Shown here in pieces: positions 9,767 to 20,418 of a DNA stretch of 64,000 nt. A model generated the notes under the pieces. The model was not told the origin of the DNA. It was given only the letters and a program-made list of their open reading frames with translations, and searched no databases. Each line of letters begins with the position of its first letter. The stretch's first letter is position 1. The stretch comes from Flavobacteriales bacterium (GTDB lineage Bacteria > Bacteroidota > Bacteroidia > Flavobacteriales > UJ101). The translations under genes and the position numbers were made by a program. The DNA is taken from NCBI GenBank assembly GCA_047975265.1, contig JBKEDE010000042.1:16543-80542 (forward strand). The letters run 5' to 3'.

Positions 9767-9810
9767 TTTTGGTGTAGCCAAGAAATTGCTGATGATTAGT
9801 GCAACACCTA
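9767..9810 (-). repeat. 44-bp perfect inverted copy of rodA coding segment 24055..24098
   Basis: The reverse complement of 9767..9810 (TAGGTGTTGCACTAATCATCAGCAATTTCTTGGCTACACCAAAA) is identical to 24055..24098. Identity ends abruptly on both sides. Confidence 0.9.
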
Positions 9811-10061
9811 AATTGTCTTTTTTCCTGCTCTTTGAAACAAGAAATAGCAGAGCAAGATAAGTTATTAATTAAGATTTTAGATGTAAATGTATGTGTTTGA
9901 ACTGATACGCCGATCTTTCTATTCATCCTGAAAATAAAAGCCTTATTACTTATGACGGTAAAATTGATAAAATAGATGAGTAAGATTGTATAAATCTACT
10001 AAGAAAGTGTTTTGATAAACGTTATTTTCAAAAATACATTACTTTTACTCAAAGAAAAAAT

Positions 10062-11330
10062 ATGATTTCCCATTTACAAAAACGAGATTTAAAACATCTC
10101 TGGCATCCCATAACACAGCATCAACTAATAGATAAACATTTAGTTATAAAAAAGGCAAAAGATGTTTTTTTATACGACGAAAATGACCGACCCTACATAG
10201 ATGGTTTTTCTTCCTGGTACACTTGTTGTTATGGGCATTGCAACGAAATTATTATTCAAAAAGCATATGAAAGTTTACAACAGTTTAGCCATATCCCTTT
10301 TGTTGGATTAACACATCAGCCTGCTATTGAACTTTCGGAATCGTTAATATCTATTTTACCTGAGAATCAGCAAAAAATATTTTTTTCAGAAAACGGTTCT
10401 ACGGCAGTGGATTTAGCTATTAAAATGGCACTGCAATATTTTCATAATCAAAATAGAAAAAGAACCAAAATTATTGCTTTTGAGAATGCCTTTCATGGTG
10501 ATACATTTGGTGCAATGTCCGTATCTGATTCACCTATTTATCATCAAGCATTTAAAGATTTTTTTATAGAAGTTATTCATGTTCCTACACCTAATGAGTC
10601 TAATTTTCCTCAAATCAGGGAACAATTTTATAAGTTGGTTTCTTCTCAAGAGGTTGCCTGTTTCATTTATGAACCTTTGGTTCAGGGAGCCAATTGTATG
10701 AAAATGTACGCCTCTTGTTTTTTAGATGAATTGATTCAAATGGCACAAAAATACCAAGTATTGTGCATTGCAGATGAGGTTATGACTGGTTTTGGAAAAA
10801 CAGGAAAAAAATTTGCTTCGGATTACTTAAAGACTAATCCGGATATTATTTGTTTGGCAAAATCGTTAACGGGCGGTATAACGCCGATGGCTTTAACAAC
10901 TTGCTCTGAAGAAGTTTTCAATGCTTTTTTAAGCAATGATATTACAAAAGGATTGATGCACGCCCATACCTATTCTGCAAATCCATTAGGATGCTCAGTT
11001 GCAAAAGCTTGTATCGATTTGTTGATTTCTGATGAAATGCAGCGTAATATTTCACGTATTTCATATCAAAATCAACTTTTTGCACAAGAAATTAAAAATC
11101 ATCCTAAGGTAAAGAACATTAGATCTTTAGGCGTGATTCTTGCTTTTGAATTTGATATTAAAATGGAACTATATGGAAAAAAGAGAGATAAACTATATCA
11201 TTTTTTTATGGAGCAAGGAATCTTTTTACGCCCTCTGGGAAATACCATTTACATTCTTCCGCCTTTTATTATTCATAACGAAGAATTAAACCACATATAT
11301 AATGCTATACGATTGTTATTAAGCGAATAA
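10062..11330 (+). CDS. bioA: Adenosylmethionine-8-amino-7-oxononanoate aminotransferase
   Basis: Class III aminotransferase. The N-terminus (HLWHP.TQ), ADEVMTGFGKTGK (PLP lysine region) and a length of 422 aa are typical of BioA. Confidence 0.88.
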   Translation: MISHLQKRDLKHLWHPITQHQLIDKHLVIKKAKDVFLYDENDRPYIDGFSSWYTCCYGHCNEIIIQKAYESLQQFSHIPFVGLTHQPAIELSESLISILPENQQKIFFSENGSTAVDLAIKMALQYFHNQNRKRTKIIAFENAFHGDTFGAMSVSDSPIYHQAFKDFFIEVIHVPTPNESNFPQIREQFYKLVSSQEVACFIYEPLVQGANCMKMYASCFLDELIQMAQKYQVLCIADEVMTGFGKTGKKFASDYLKTNPDIICLAKSLTGGITPMALTTCSEEVFNAFLSNDITKGLMHAHTYSANPLGCSVAKACIDLLISDEMQRNISRISYQNQLFAQEIKNHPKVKNIRSLGVILAFEFDIKMELYGKKRDKLYHFFMEQGIFLRPLGNTIYILPPFIIHNEELNHIYNAIRLLLSE

Positions 11331-11377
11331 AAAAAACGTAATACATTGATTAACAATATAATTACGGTTTTTATTTG

Positions 11378-11462
11378 TACTCGGGGCGGGACTTGAACCC
11401 GCACGGACGCAATGTCCACTGGATTTTAAGTCCAGCGTGTCTACCAATTCCACCACCCGAGC
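11378..11462 (-). tRNA. tRNA-Leu (anticodon UAA)
   Basis: Cloverleaf read by eye: acceptor GCTCGGG/CCCGAGT, anticodon stem CTGGA/TCCAG with loop CT-TAA-AA, long variable arm, T-arm GCGGG-TTCAAGT-CCCGC. CCA is not encoded. Confidence 0.9.
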
Positions 11463-11606
11463 ATCCTATATTTTTAATTCAGACGAATTTTAAATCTATT
11501 TTTAGAATATTTCTCGCTGTTTGCGGTTGCAAATATAAGTTAGTTTTTAGTTCCTCCAAAGTTTTTCAATATTTTTTTACCAACCGCAACAAAATTTACA
11601 TCTATA

Positions 11607-14204
11607 TTATTTTCCTAACATTTTTTTAATTTCATTCAGTTTCATCAATGCTTCTACCGGTGTTAAAGTATCAATATCTGTATGAAGAATTTCTTCTCGA
11701 ATACACTCCAAAACAGGGTCATCTAACTGAAAAAAACTTAATTGCAGATTATCTTCTGTAATTTTTTTTGTTTTTTCTTTTGTCTTTCTCTTCGAAGGTT
11801 TTTCTTCTAATGTATTCAGTATTTCTTCTGAACGTTTAATTACAAAACGAGGCATTCCTGCCATTTTAGCTACATGAATACCAAAGCTGTGGTTGCTACC
11901 TCCTTTTACTAATTTTCGTATAAAAAGAATACTTTGATCAATTTCTTTAACACTAACATTATAGTTTTGAATACGAGGAAAAGATAGGGTCATTTCATTT
12001 AATTCGTGATAATGCGTAGCAAAAAGTGTTCGTGCTTTTGTAGGATGTTCATGAATGTATTCTGAGATAGCCCAGGCAATGGAAATACCATCGTAAGTAC
12101 TGGTTCCTCGACCTATTTCATCCAAAAGAATTAAACTTCGTTCAGATAGATTATTTAAAATACTGGATGTTTCATTCATCTCTACCATAAAAGTAGATTC
12201 TCCCAATGAAATATTGTCTGAAGCTCCAACGCGGGTAAAAATTTTATCCACCAATCCTATTTCAGCATTTTTTGCCGGAACATAGCTCCCGATTTGAGCC
12301 ATCAAAACAATAAGGGCTGTCTGTCGAAGCAATGCCGATTTCCCGGACATATTTGGTCCTGTAATCATAATAATTTGTTGTTCCGTTTTATTAAGAACCA
12401 AATCATTTGCTACATAAGAATCTCCTATGGGCAACTGTTTTTCAATTACAGGATGGCGACCGTCTTTGATAATCAAATCAAAACCATTGTTCATGATTGG
12501 TTTTACATAATTATTTTCACGTGCAGCAATTGCAAAAGACATTAAACAGTCAATTTGAGAAATAATAGAAGCATTTAACTGAATCGGTTTGATAAATGCC
12601 AATAATTCAATTAACAGGTCATTAAAAATAGTGGTTTCCAATTCAAAAATCCGTTCTTCAGCTCCCAAAATTTTGGTTTCATACTCCTTTAATTCTTCTG
12701 TAATATAGCGCTCGGCATTTACCAAAGTTTGTTTACGAATCCACTCTTCCGGAACTTTATCTTTATGCGTATTACGTACTTCGATATAATAGCCAAAAAC
12801 ATTGTTAAAAGCAATTTTTAAACTGGGAATACCGGTATGTTCTGCTTCCCGTTCTTTTAGTTTTTCCAAATAATCTTTACTAGAAAAAGCCATCTCTCGC
12901 AAATTATCTAATTCTTCATTATATCCTTCTGCAACAACGTTTCCTTTAGAAATATTGTGAGGAGCTTCCAGATGAATTATTTTTTGTATTTTTTGGCGTA
13001 AGGTATCCAATGTTAATAGCTGATCTTTTAACGTGGCTATACTCTTATCCAATATAGTATTTAATACTTTTTCCAATTTTGGAATAATATCCAATGATTG
13101 TTTTAAAATTAATACTTCACGCGGTGTAATCCGTCCTGTGGCTACTTTCGAAACCAATCGTTCTAAATCAGCAATTTGCTCCACTAAAGAAATAATTTCG
13201 TAACTTTTTTCTTCATGTTTTAAAAATTGTGTTACAATATTGTGTCGCTGTTGAATAGCTAGTAAATCTTTTAGAGGCAATGCAATCCAACGTTTTAACA
13301 TGCGTCCTCCCATTGGAGAAATGGTTTTATCTATAACATCCAGAAGAGTAACCGCTTGATCATTTGGAGAGTATAACAACTCCAAATTTCGAATGGTAAA
13401 TCCATCCATCCAAATAAAACGATCTTCTTCTATGCGGGCAATATTGGATATATGCTGTGCTTTCTCGTGGTGTGTATCTGATAAATACGTTAAAACCGCT
13501 CCGGCTGCAATTGTACCCAATTTTAATTCTTGAATACCAAAACCTTTTAATGTTTTAGTATTAAAATGTTGTGTTAATTTTTCGTAGGCATAATCTTCTT
13601 GAAAAACCCAATCTTCTAATCCAAAAGAATAAAAACGCTCACCTATTAACTGTTCATAACGTGTTTTGTATTGTTTTTGATACAGAATTTCGCTCGGGTT
13701 AAATCCGTTAATCAGTTTTGATATATATTCTTCGCTTCCTTCAGCTACAAGAAATTCTCCGGTTGAGATATCCAAAAACGATATTCCCAATAGATTTTTA
13801 TTAAAATGAATCGAAGCTAAGAAGTTATTTGATTTGGAGTTAAGAACTTGGTCATTTAAGGTTACTCCGGGCGTAACCAATTCAGTTACACCACGTTTTA
13901 CGATTCCTTTTGTTGCCTTTGGATCTTCCAATTGATCGCAAATAGCTACCCGAAGCCCTGCTCGAACCAATTTAGGCAAATACGTATTTAATGAATGATG
14001 AGGAAATCCTGCTAATTCATTATCTGAATCAGAACCGTTAGAACGTTTGGTTAAAACAATTCCGAGTATTTTAGAACATTTTACGGCATCTTTTCCAAAG
14101 GTTTCGTAGAAATCGCCCACCCGAAATAACAGCATTGCATCAGGATACTTTGCTTTAATGGTATTGTATTGTTTCATTAACGGGGTTGCTTTCTTCTTGT
14201 CCAA
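11607..14204 (-). CDS. mutS: DNA mismatch repair protein MutS
   Basis: 865 aa, with the N-terminal mismatch-binding motif (GDFYETFG), Walker A GPNMSGKS and [12 protein letters not shown]. Confidence 0.97.
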   Translation of the reverse strand: MDKKKATPLMKQYNTIKAKYPDAMLLFRVGDFYETFGKDAVKCSKILGIVLTKRSNGSDSDNELAGFPHHSLNTYLPKLVRAGLRVAICDQLEDPKATKGIVKRGVTELVTPGVTLNDQVLNSKSNNFLASIHFNKNLLGISFLDISTGEFLVAEGSEEYISKLINGFNPSEILYQKQYKTRYEQLIGERFYSFGLEDWVFQEDYAYEKLTQHFNTKTLKGFGIQELKLGTIAAGAVLTYLSDTHHEKAQHISNIARIEEDRFIWMDGFTIRNLELLYSPNDQAVTLLDVIDKTISPMGGRMLKRWIALPLKDLLAIQQRHNIVTQFLKHEEKSYEIISLVEQIADLERLVSKVATGRITPREVLILKQSLDIIPKLEKVLNTILDKSIATLKDQLLTLDTLRQKIQKIIHLEAPHNISKGNVVAEGYNEELDNLREMAFSSKDYLEKLKEREAEHTGIPSLKIAFNNVFGYYIEVRNTHKDKVPEEWIRKQTLVNAERYITEELKEYETKILGAEERIFELETTIFNDLLIELLAFIKPIQLNASIISQIDCLMSFAIAARENNYVKPIMNNGFDLIIKDGRHPVIEKQLPIGDSYVANDLVLNKTEQQIIMITGPNMSGKSALLRQTALIVLMAQIGSYVPAKNAEIGLVDKIFTRVGASDNISLGESTFMVEMNETSSILNNLSERSLILLDEIGRGTSTYDGISIAWAISEYIHEHPTKARTLFATHYHELNEMTLSFPRIQNYNVSVKEIDQSILFIRKLVKGGSNHSFGIHVAKMAGMPRFVIKRSEEILNTLEEKPSKRKTKEKTKKITEDNLQLSFFQLDDPVLECIREEILHTDIDTLTPVEALMKLNEIKKMLGK

Positions 14205-14223
14205 AATGGTATGATTTTTCTAT

Positions 14224-14231
14224 TAACTTTG
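14224..14231 (+). promoter_or_regulatory. TAnnTTTG -7 box (TAACTTTG)
   Basis: Exact motif 30 nt upstream of the ATG at 14262. Confidence 0.4.
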
Positions 14232-14261
14232 CTAAGTTAAAGAAACGAATCTGATAATAAA

Positions 14262-14789
14262 ATGCGAAAATTAAAAAATAGCGAATTAAAACGTTTGAGC
14301 GTTCAAGAATTTAAAGAAACTAAGAAACTGCCTATAACAATCATTTTAGATAATATCAGGAGTCTTTATAATGTAGGGAGTGTTTTTAGAACTTCAGATG
14401 CTTTTTTAGTTGAAAAAATTTATCTGTGTGGAATTACGGCTTCTCCTCCTCATAAAGAAATTCAGAAAACAGCTTTAGGTGCTACGGAAAGTGTGGAATG
14501 GGAATATATTAGAGATATTATACCTCTTCTTGAAAAATTAAAACAAAAAAATTATCATCTTATCTCTGTAGAGCAAGCAGAAAAAAGTATAATGCTTCAG
14601 GATTTTAAGTTGGATAAAAATAGTTCGTATGCTTTAATTTTTGGGAATGAAGTAAAAGGGGTTCAACAACAGGTTGTTTCTAAGTCGGATACGGTTATAG
14701 AAATTCCTCAATTGGGAACAAAGCATTCGTTAAATATATCGGTTAGTGTGGGAGTTGTTCTTTGGGATTTTTCCAGAATCTTCTTATAA
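14262..14789 (+). CDS. TrmH/SpoU-family RNA 2'-O-methyltransferase
   Basis: SpoU motifs: NVGSVFRTSDAF, LIFGNEVKGV, IPQLGTKHSLNISVSVG. Confidence 0.85.
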   Translation: MRKLKNSELKRLSVQEFKETKKLPITIILDNIRSLYNVGSVFRTSDAFLVEKIYLCGITASPPHKEIQKTALGATESVEWEYIRDIIPLLEKLKQKNYHLISVEQAEKSIMLQDFKLDKNSSYALIFGNEVKGVQQQVVSKSDTVIEIPQLGTKHSLNISVSVGVVLWDFSRIFL

Positions 14790-14810
14790 TCTTTTAAATT
14801 TTCATATAAA

Positions 14811-14838
14811 AAAATCCCATTCAGCTGAATGGGATTTT
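14811..14838. terminator. Bidirectional rho-independent terminator between convergent genes
   Basis: Perfect palindrome AAAATCCCATTCAGCTGAATGGGATTTT with an A-run on the left and a T-run on the right. Confidence 0.75.
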
Positions 14839-14861
14839 TTCTATTTAGATAAATTCTTGTT

Positions 14862-16328
14862 TTAATTTGGCATAACCAATTTACGGTCTGATCTTAATAG
14901 TACTCTACGGTTTGCTCTGTGCTCATCGTTGGTACATTTAACTCCGTTATGACAGTGGTTAAGTATTTCAGATTCTCCTTTACCAACTGCTTGAATTTTT
15001 GAAGCAGCTGCTCCTTGAGATACTAAGTAAGCCTTAATAGCTTCAGCTCTTTTCTGAGATAATTTTTCATTATAAGCATCCGATCCTCTGGCATCTGTAT
15101 GACCTTCTAATACAAAATTAGCATCTGGGTTTGCAATAATAGCTCTTGCTGCTTTTTTCAATAGGTTGTTATACTCAGGATACCATCTTGCTTCGTTGTA
15201 GTAGAACTCAACATCAGATAAGTTAATTATATCTGTTTCAACAACTACAGGAAGTGGTTCTATCGGTGCTTTTTCAATAGGACATCCTTTACCTAAAGTT
15301 CCATTTTCTACACCAGGTACTACCACACACTTGTCTTCTAAATCAATAAATCCATCTAAGTCAACATCCAAAGCCTTACCACATCCATCAACACGTGCTC
15401 CCGCTAAAGTTCCTAATTCACAATCCCACTCATCACATACTCCGTCGTTATCTTCATCAATACATTCAAATCCTCCTGAAGCCAATACTTGTTGAGAATA
15501 TAGTGCTTGGAATGGATCGTACCATTTTTCATGTTCGTTATGTTTTCCAATTTTATAGATGATACCTAATGAATTAGTCCAAACATTATCGGAACCGTCA
15601 TTATCATTTCCATTCTTACTACTTACTCCTAAAATTGATGAACCATCCCACTGCTCATCTCCGGTCATTATATACATGGATTTCAATTCAAGATCAAGTT
15701 TTTGGCTTAATTTATACTGTAATCCTAATCCAACTTGAGAAAACATAGACTCAAAGCCCATGTCTACTTTGGTTAAATTTCCATCGGTAGTATGAAATCG
15801 ATTTGTCAAGTCATTATTACCTGTTACTTCATAACCGATAACACCTATTCCTCCATAGCCGTGTAATGCCCACGCATAACGCGATTTGTTATCTACTCTT
15901 CTAAAAATAGATGAAAAATTGACATCTGCTAATAAGGAAACAGCTTGATAGGATGTTTGTGTAGCCCAGTAATCTCCCGAAACAACTGTAGCAATATTAT
16001 CAGTTGTTTGAGACACTTGTCCCATCTGTCCTAATAATTGAATACCAAAAACATGGTTAATATGTTTTGTTATTCCTAATTGGACATCATAACCTAATTC
16101 ATTCTTTTCTCCTCCAAATAGTTTAAGGGAATTTAATTCTCCTTTAACACCCAATGCGGCTCCTCCATGCAAAGAAACAGACCAAGAATTGAATTTCCTT
16201 TGGTCTTTCGTAAACTTAACGTAATTTTCGTATTCCTGTTCACTACCGTAGTATTGTTCTATTTTTTCTTGTGCAGTAACACTGAACAAAACCCCTAAAG
16301 TCAGTAAACTCGATATAATTCTCTTCAT
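14862..16328 (-). CDS. OmpA-family outer membrane protein with thrombospondin type-3-like Ca-binding repeats
   Basis: Signal peptide and a beta-barrel-like N-terminal half. Asp-rich repeats (DEDNDGVCDEWD, DVDLDGFIDLED). C-terminal OmpA domain (EGHTDARGSDAYNEKLSQKRAEA...NRRV). Confidence 0.85.
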   Translation of the reverse strand: MKRIISSLLTLGVLFSVTAQEKIEQYYGSEQEYENYVKFTKDQRKFNSWSVSLHGGAALGVKGELNSLKLFGGEKNELGYDVQLGITKHINHVFGIQLLGQMGQVSQTTDNIATVVSGDYWATQTSYQAVSLLADVNFSSIFRRVDNKSRYAWALHGYGGIGVIGYEVTGNNDLTNRFHTTDGNLTKVDMGFESMFSQVGLGLQYKLSQKLDLELKSMYIMTGDEQWDGSSILGVSSKNGNDNDGSDNVWTNSLGIIYKIGKHNEHEKWYDPFQALYSQQVLASGGFECIDEDNDGVCDEWDCELGTLAGARVDGCGKALDVDLDGFIDLEDKCVVVPGVENGTLGKGCPIEKAPIEPLPVVVETDIINLSDVEFYYNEARWYPEYNNLLKKAARAIIANPDANFVLEGHTDARGSDAYNEKLSQKRAEAIKAYLVSQGAAASKIQAVGKGESEILNHCHNGVKCTNDEHRANRRVLLRSDRKLVMPN

Positions 16329-16369
16329 AGCTAACTTTTTTAATATTTAATTTTAACTTTTTTATTCTT

Positions 16370-17008
16370 TTAATCTAAAATCTTTACAAAAGTATAATTG
16401 TTATTTATACTGGCAAATATTTTTGATATAATTTTTTCTTTTACAGTAAAATTTTTTACAAAATCAATATTTGAAACATCTAATATTAAGATATTTAAGT
16501 ATGTGTGTTCTTTGATGTACTTCATATACGACTTGTTGATTTTATCTAAATAATTTCGGTTGATATTTTGTTCGTATCTACGTCCTCTTTTTTGGATGTT
16601 CTCCAATAATCGGTCTGTTGTTTGGTAAAGGTAAACATATAAATCGGGTTTTATCAAATCAGAATACATGATGTGAAAAAATTTACGGTATAATTTATAT
16701 TCATCTTCGGTTAATGTTATCTCTGAGAAGATAAGGGATTTAAAAACGTAATAATCAGCAACGGTCAGTTGTTTAAACAAGTCTCTGCTTAAAAGTTTTT
16801 CGTTTAGCTGCTGGAAACGTTCTGCAAGGAAAGACATTTCTAAAGGAAATGCATATTTTTCCGGAGCTTCATAAAACTTTGGTAAAAAGGGATTTTCTTC
16901 AAACTTTTCTAACACCAACTTAGCATCGTGTTTCTCGGCAATCATTTTAGCCAAGGTTGTTTTTCCGGAACCTATATTTCCCTCTATAACGATAAAGTTA
17001 TTTTTCAT
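16370..17008 (-). CDS. Deoxynucleoside kinase
   Basis: P-loop GNIGSGKTTLA, the ...EKFEENPFLPKFY motif, and a dNK-family length of 212 aa. Confidence 0.85.
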   Translation of the reverse strand: MKNNFIVIEGNIGSGKTTLAKMIAEKHDAKLVLEKFEENPFLPKFYEAPEKYAFPLEMSFLAERFQQLNEKLLSRDLFKQLTVADYYVFKSLIFSEITLTEDEYKLYRKFFHIMYSDLIKPDLYVYLYQTTDRLLENIQKRGRRYEQNINRNYLDKINKSYMKYIKEHTYLNILILDVSNIDFVKNFTVKEKIISKIFASINNNYTFVKILD

Positions 17009-17499
17009 AATATACTGACTTTATTCTTGTCATTACATGCTTTTAATAGTGCTATGACATTCTTGTTATACACAGGATGTATCTTTTGAGGACACAACTC
17101 TAACAATGGCATTAAAACAAATTTTCTATGATGCATACTAAGGTGCGGAATATTTAATATTTTTTGTCTATATAAAAAATCATTATAATAGATTATATCT
17201 ATATCTATGATTCTTGGCTGATATCCTTCAAAAAAAGAATTATGAACAGATCCCATTTTCTGTTCAATAATTTTAATTTTGTTTAACAATTGCAACGGAC
17301 TCATCTTTGTAAGCACTTCTATGGCATTATTTAGAAACAAATCCGATTCAAATCCCCAAGATTCTGAAGAATAAAAATTAGATGCTTGAAGAATTTTTCC
17401 TACATACACTTCAATATATTCTATGGCAGCTTCTATATTTTTCTTTTTATCTCCCATATTACTGCCTAATGATAAATATGTAACATTTTTTTGATTCAT
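17005..17499 (-). CDS. folK: 2-amino-4-hydroxy-6-hydroxymethyldihydropteridine diphosphokinase
   Basis: HPPK signature (YLSLGSNMGD...PRIIDIDII...HP...RKFVL.PL). Has a 4-nt ATGA overlap with the downstream kinase gene. Confidence 0.9.
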   Translation of the reverse strand: MNQKNVTYLSLGSNMGDKKKNIEAAIEYIEVYVGKILQASNFYSSESWGFESDLFLNNAIEVLTKMSPLQLLNKIKIIEQKMGSVHNSFFEGYQPRIIDIDIIYYNDFLYRQKILNIPHLSMHHRKFVLMPLLELCPQKIHPVYNKNVIALLKACNDKNKVSIL

Positions 17500-17524
17500 A
17501 TACTATAATAATGGTAAATTTAAA

Positions 17525-17532
17525 TACTTTTG
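17525..17532 (+). promoter_or_regulatory. TAnnTTTG -7 box (TACTTTTG)
   Basis: Exact motif 17 nt upstream of the sppA ATG. Confidence 0.45.
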
Positions 17533-17549
17533 CATAAAATTAAATAAAC

Positions 17550-19298
17550 ATGAAATCATTTTTTAAAACGGTATTGGCTGTTATTTTAGGATTAACAATT
17601 GTTATTTTTTTGCCGATTGTTTTTTTCGGAATATTCAGTGGGTTAAGCTCTGAAGACTCAAGCTACGATGTTGCCGAAAATTCCATTCTCGAAATCGATT
17701 TTAAAACACCTATCGTTGAAAGTTATGATGATATTCAATTCAGTTTTACAAATTTTGAACCAACAGACCGTTTGTCTTTTTATAGTTTATTGTCAGCTAT
17801 TCAAAAAGCTAAAGAAGATGAAAATATTAAAGGGATTTCTTTAAAATTAAATGGAAACACAACAGACTATGCCCAGGCACAAGCCATACGAAATGCCTTG
17901 CTTGATTTCAAGTCCTCCAACAAATTTGTTTACGCCTACGGAAACAACCTGTCTCAACGGGATTATTACATAGGCTCTGTTGCGGATTCTTTATTTGTTT
18001 CGCCTCTGTCCAATATTGAATTGACAGGAATTAGTGTTGAAATCACATTTTACAAAAAGCTTTTTGACAAACTTGGTATAGAATATGAAATTATTAAACA
18101 CGGTAAATATAAATCTGCTGTAGAGCCTTATTTTTTAGAGCAAATGACTCCGGAAAGTAAGGAGCAAACACAAATTCTTATTGACGATATATGGAAGAAC
18201 CTTTCTTCCGAAATGTCACAATCAAGAAATTTATCAATAGAACAATTTAACTTTTTGACTGACAGCCTGAAAGCGTTTAATGCTAAAAGTGCTCTGTCAG
18301 CCAATTTAATTGATGGAATCAAATATGAAGACCAGTATAAAAAATTGATAGGTATTGATGATACAGACAAAGAAAATGTTCAAAAACCTATCGTTTCTGT
18401 TTCCAATTATTTATTGTCTATTCAAAAACCTTTTAATAAAGATCAAATAGCTGTAATTTATGCTTCAGGAGCTATCACATCAGGAAATAAACCTGACGGC
18501 ATTCAAGATCAAAATATGATTAAAAAAATACGGACAGCTAAGAATGAACCATCGGTAAAAGCCGTTGTTTTAAGAGTTCATTCTCCGGGAGGAGATGTTG
18601 CTGCGGCTGAAAGAATTTTACATGAGCTTCGCCTTTTGCAAAAAGAAAAGCCTTTGATTGTGTCCTTTGGAGGTGTTGCTACTTCCGGAGGGTATTACAT
18701 AGCCGGAGCTGCTGATACCATTGTATCTTCGCCCAATACGATTACAGGGTCCATAGGCGTTTTTGGAGCTATTCCGAATGTAAAAAAATTAGCTGAAAAA
18801 ATAGGTGTAACTACGGATGTTACAGGAACTAATGCTAATGCTAACCTGTTTTCACTTTTAAACGGAACTACGCCCAAATTTAGAGAAGTTATTCAAGAGA
18901 GTATCGAAGATGTGTATGATTTATTTCTGAGTAATGTTGCCCAAAATCGTAAGGTTTCAAAAGCTGAGATTGATTCTCTTGCTCAAGGGCGAGTCTGGTC
19001 AGGAGTTAAAGCGAAAGAAAATGGATTGGTAGATGTTTTGGGAGGTTTAGATACAGCTATTACACTTGCTGCAGAAAAAGCGGGAATAGAAAATTTTGAT
19101 CTTCTTGAACTTCCAAAGAAAAAATCAGAGTTTGAATTGATTATGGAAATGTTTGGGAGAAAAGAAGGAATGGAAGTAGAGACTTTGATAGGTGAAAAAT
19201 TAGGACCTGAAATTTATAATTCATATAAAGAGTTTGATTATTTTAAAAATAGTGGCATTATCCATCTTAAAACACCTTATATCATTCAAATAAAATAA
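17550..19298 (+). CDS. sppA: Signal peptide peptidase SppA, 67K type
   Basis: N-terminal TM segment and two S49 peptidase repeats (VLRVHSPGGDVAAAE, GGVATSGGYYIA). Confidence 0.9.
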   Translation: MKSFFKTVLAVILGLTIVIFLPIVFFGIFSGLSSEDSSYDVAENSILEIDFKTPIVESYDDIQFSFTNFEPTDRLSFYSLLSAIQKAKEDENIKGISLKLNGNTTDYAQAQAIRNALLDFKSSNKFVYAYGNNLSQRDYYIGSVADSLFVSPLSNIELTGISVEITFYKKLFDKLGIEYEIIKHGKYKSAVEPYFLEQMTPESKEQTQILIDDIWKNLSSEMSQSRNLSIEQFNFLTDSLKAFNAKSALSANLIDGIKYEDQYKKLIGIDDTDKENVQKPIVSVSNYLLSIQKPFNKDQIAVIYASGAITSGNKPDGIQDQNMIKKIRTAKNEPSVKAVVLRVHSPGGDVAAAERILHELRLLQKEKPLIVSFGGVATSGGYYIAGAADTIVSSPNTITGSIGVFGAIPNVKKLAEKIGVTTDVTGTNANANLFSLLNGTTPKFREVIQESIEDVYDLFLSNVAQNRKVSKAEIDSLAQGRVWSGVKAKENGLVDVLGGLDTAITLAAEKAGIENFDLLELPKKKSEFELIMEMFGRKEGMEVETLIGEKLGPEIYNSYKEFDYFKNSGIIHLKTPYIIQIK

Positions 19299-19378
19299 AA
19301 TTATTTTCAGAAACTGAGTTTTTCAAAAAAAAGACATAAATTTACACGATTTATCAATTTTTAGAAAAAGAAACTAAT

Positions 19379-20404
19379 ATGGGGTTATTTGATTTCATGA
19401 CTCATGATATTGCAATCGATTTAGGGACAGCGAATACGTTAATTATCCATAATAATAAAATTGTGGTGGACAGTCCTTCTATTGTCGCCATAGATAGAAG
19501 GACTGAGAAGTTAATTGCCGTAGGGGAAAAAGCAAAACAAATGCAAGGAAAAACGCATGAAAATATCAAAACCATACGACCGTTAAAAGATGGTGTAATC
19601 GCTGATTTTGACGCTTCCGAAGGAATGATACGAGAATTTATCCGAAGTATTCCGGCTTTGAAAAAGCGTTTTTTTTCTCCTTCTTTAAGAATGGTCATTT
19701 GTATTCCTTCCGGAATTACTGAAGTAGAAAAAAGAGCCGTAAAAGATTCTGCCAGCCACATCAAAGCTAGAGATGTAAAATTAATTTATGAGCCGATGGC
19801 GGCGGCCTTAGGTGTAGGGATTGATGTTCAACAACCCAAAGGAAACATGGTTATTGATATCGGAGGAGGAACAACGGAGATTGCGGTGATTGCCTTAGGC
19901 GGAATTGTCTGTGATAAATCAGTTAAAGTTGCAGGTGATGTTTTCACGGCTGATATAGCTTATTATATGCGGACACATCATAATTTATATGTTGGAGAAA
20001 AAACGGCTGAAGAAATTAAAATTGATGTTGGAGCAGCTATAGAGGATTTGCCTCATCCTCCTGATGATTTGCCTGTGCAAGGGCGTGATTTACTGACCGG
20101 AAAACCGAAAGAAATTGTTGTAAGCTATAAAGAAATAGCCCAAGCACTTGACAAATCTATTCTTCGGGTAGAAGATGCTATTATGGAAACACTTTCCATT
20201 ACTCCACCGGAGTTAGCTGCCGATATTTATAATACAGGAATTTACATGGCGGGAGGAGGTTCTTTATTAAGAGGTTTGGACGAACGAATTTCTAAAAAAA
20301 CTGATTTGCCCGTCTATATTGCGGAAGATCCTTTAAAAGCGATTGTAAGAGGCACAGGAATAGCCCTTAAAAATATTGATAAATTTAGTTTCTTAATGTC
20401 TTAA
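19379..20404 (+). CDS. mreB: Rod shape-determining protein MreB
   Basis: Actin-fold motifs DLGTANT and DIGGGTTEIAVI, with high similarity to MreB along the whole length. Confidence 0.97.
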   Translation: MGLFDFMTHDIAIDLGTANTLIIHNNKIVVDSPSIVAIDRRTEKLIAVGEKAKQMQGKTHENIKTIRPLKDGVIADFDASEGMIREFIRSIPALKKRFFSPSLRMVICIPSGITEVEKRAVKDSASHIKARDVKLIYEPMAAALGVGIDVQQPKGNMVIDIGGGTTEIAVIALGGIVCDKSVKVAGDVFTADIAYYMRTHHNLYVGEKTAEEIKIDVGAAIEDLPHPPDDLPVQGRDLLTGKPKEIVVSYKEIAQALDKSILRVEDAIMETLSITPPELAADIYNTGIYMAGGGSLLRGLDERISKKTDLPVYIAEDPLKAIVRGTGIALKNIDKFSFLMS

Positions 20405-20418
20405 GACTAAGTTGAAGC

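Noticed and set aside
9519-9799. Track ORFs 9519..9719 (-) and 9581..9799 (+) in the OmpA-bioA spacer
   Set aside because: They run through the terminator hairpin, have junk composition and overlap each other. The spacer is better treated as non-coding.
9906-9983. 25-codon open frame without a start (YADLSIHPENKSLITYDGKIDKIDE*) upstream of bioA, considered as a gene relic
   Set aside because: It is too short, I recognise no family, and there is no start codon. It cannot be supported from sequence alone.
11375-11629. 84-aa + strand ORF between bioA and mutS
   Set aside because: Its 5' part is the reverse complement of the tRNA-Leu gene and its 3' part overlaps the mutS end, so it is not a plausible protein.
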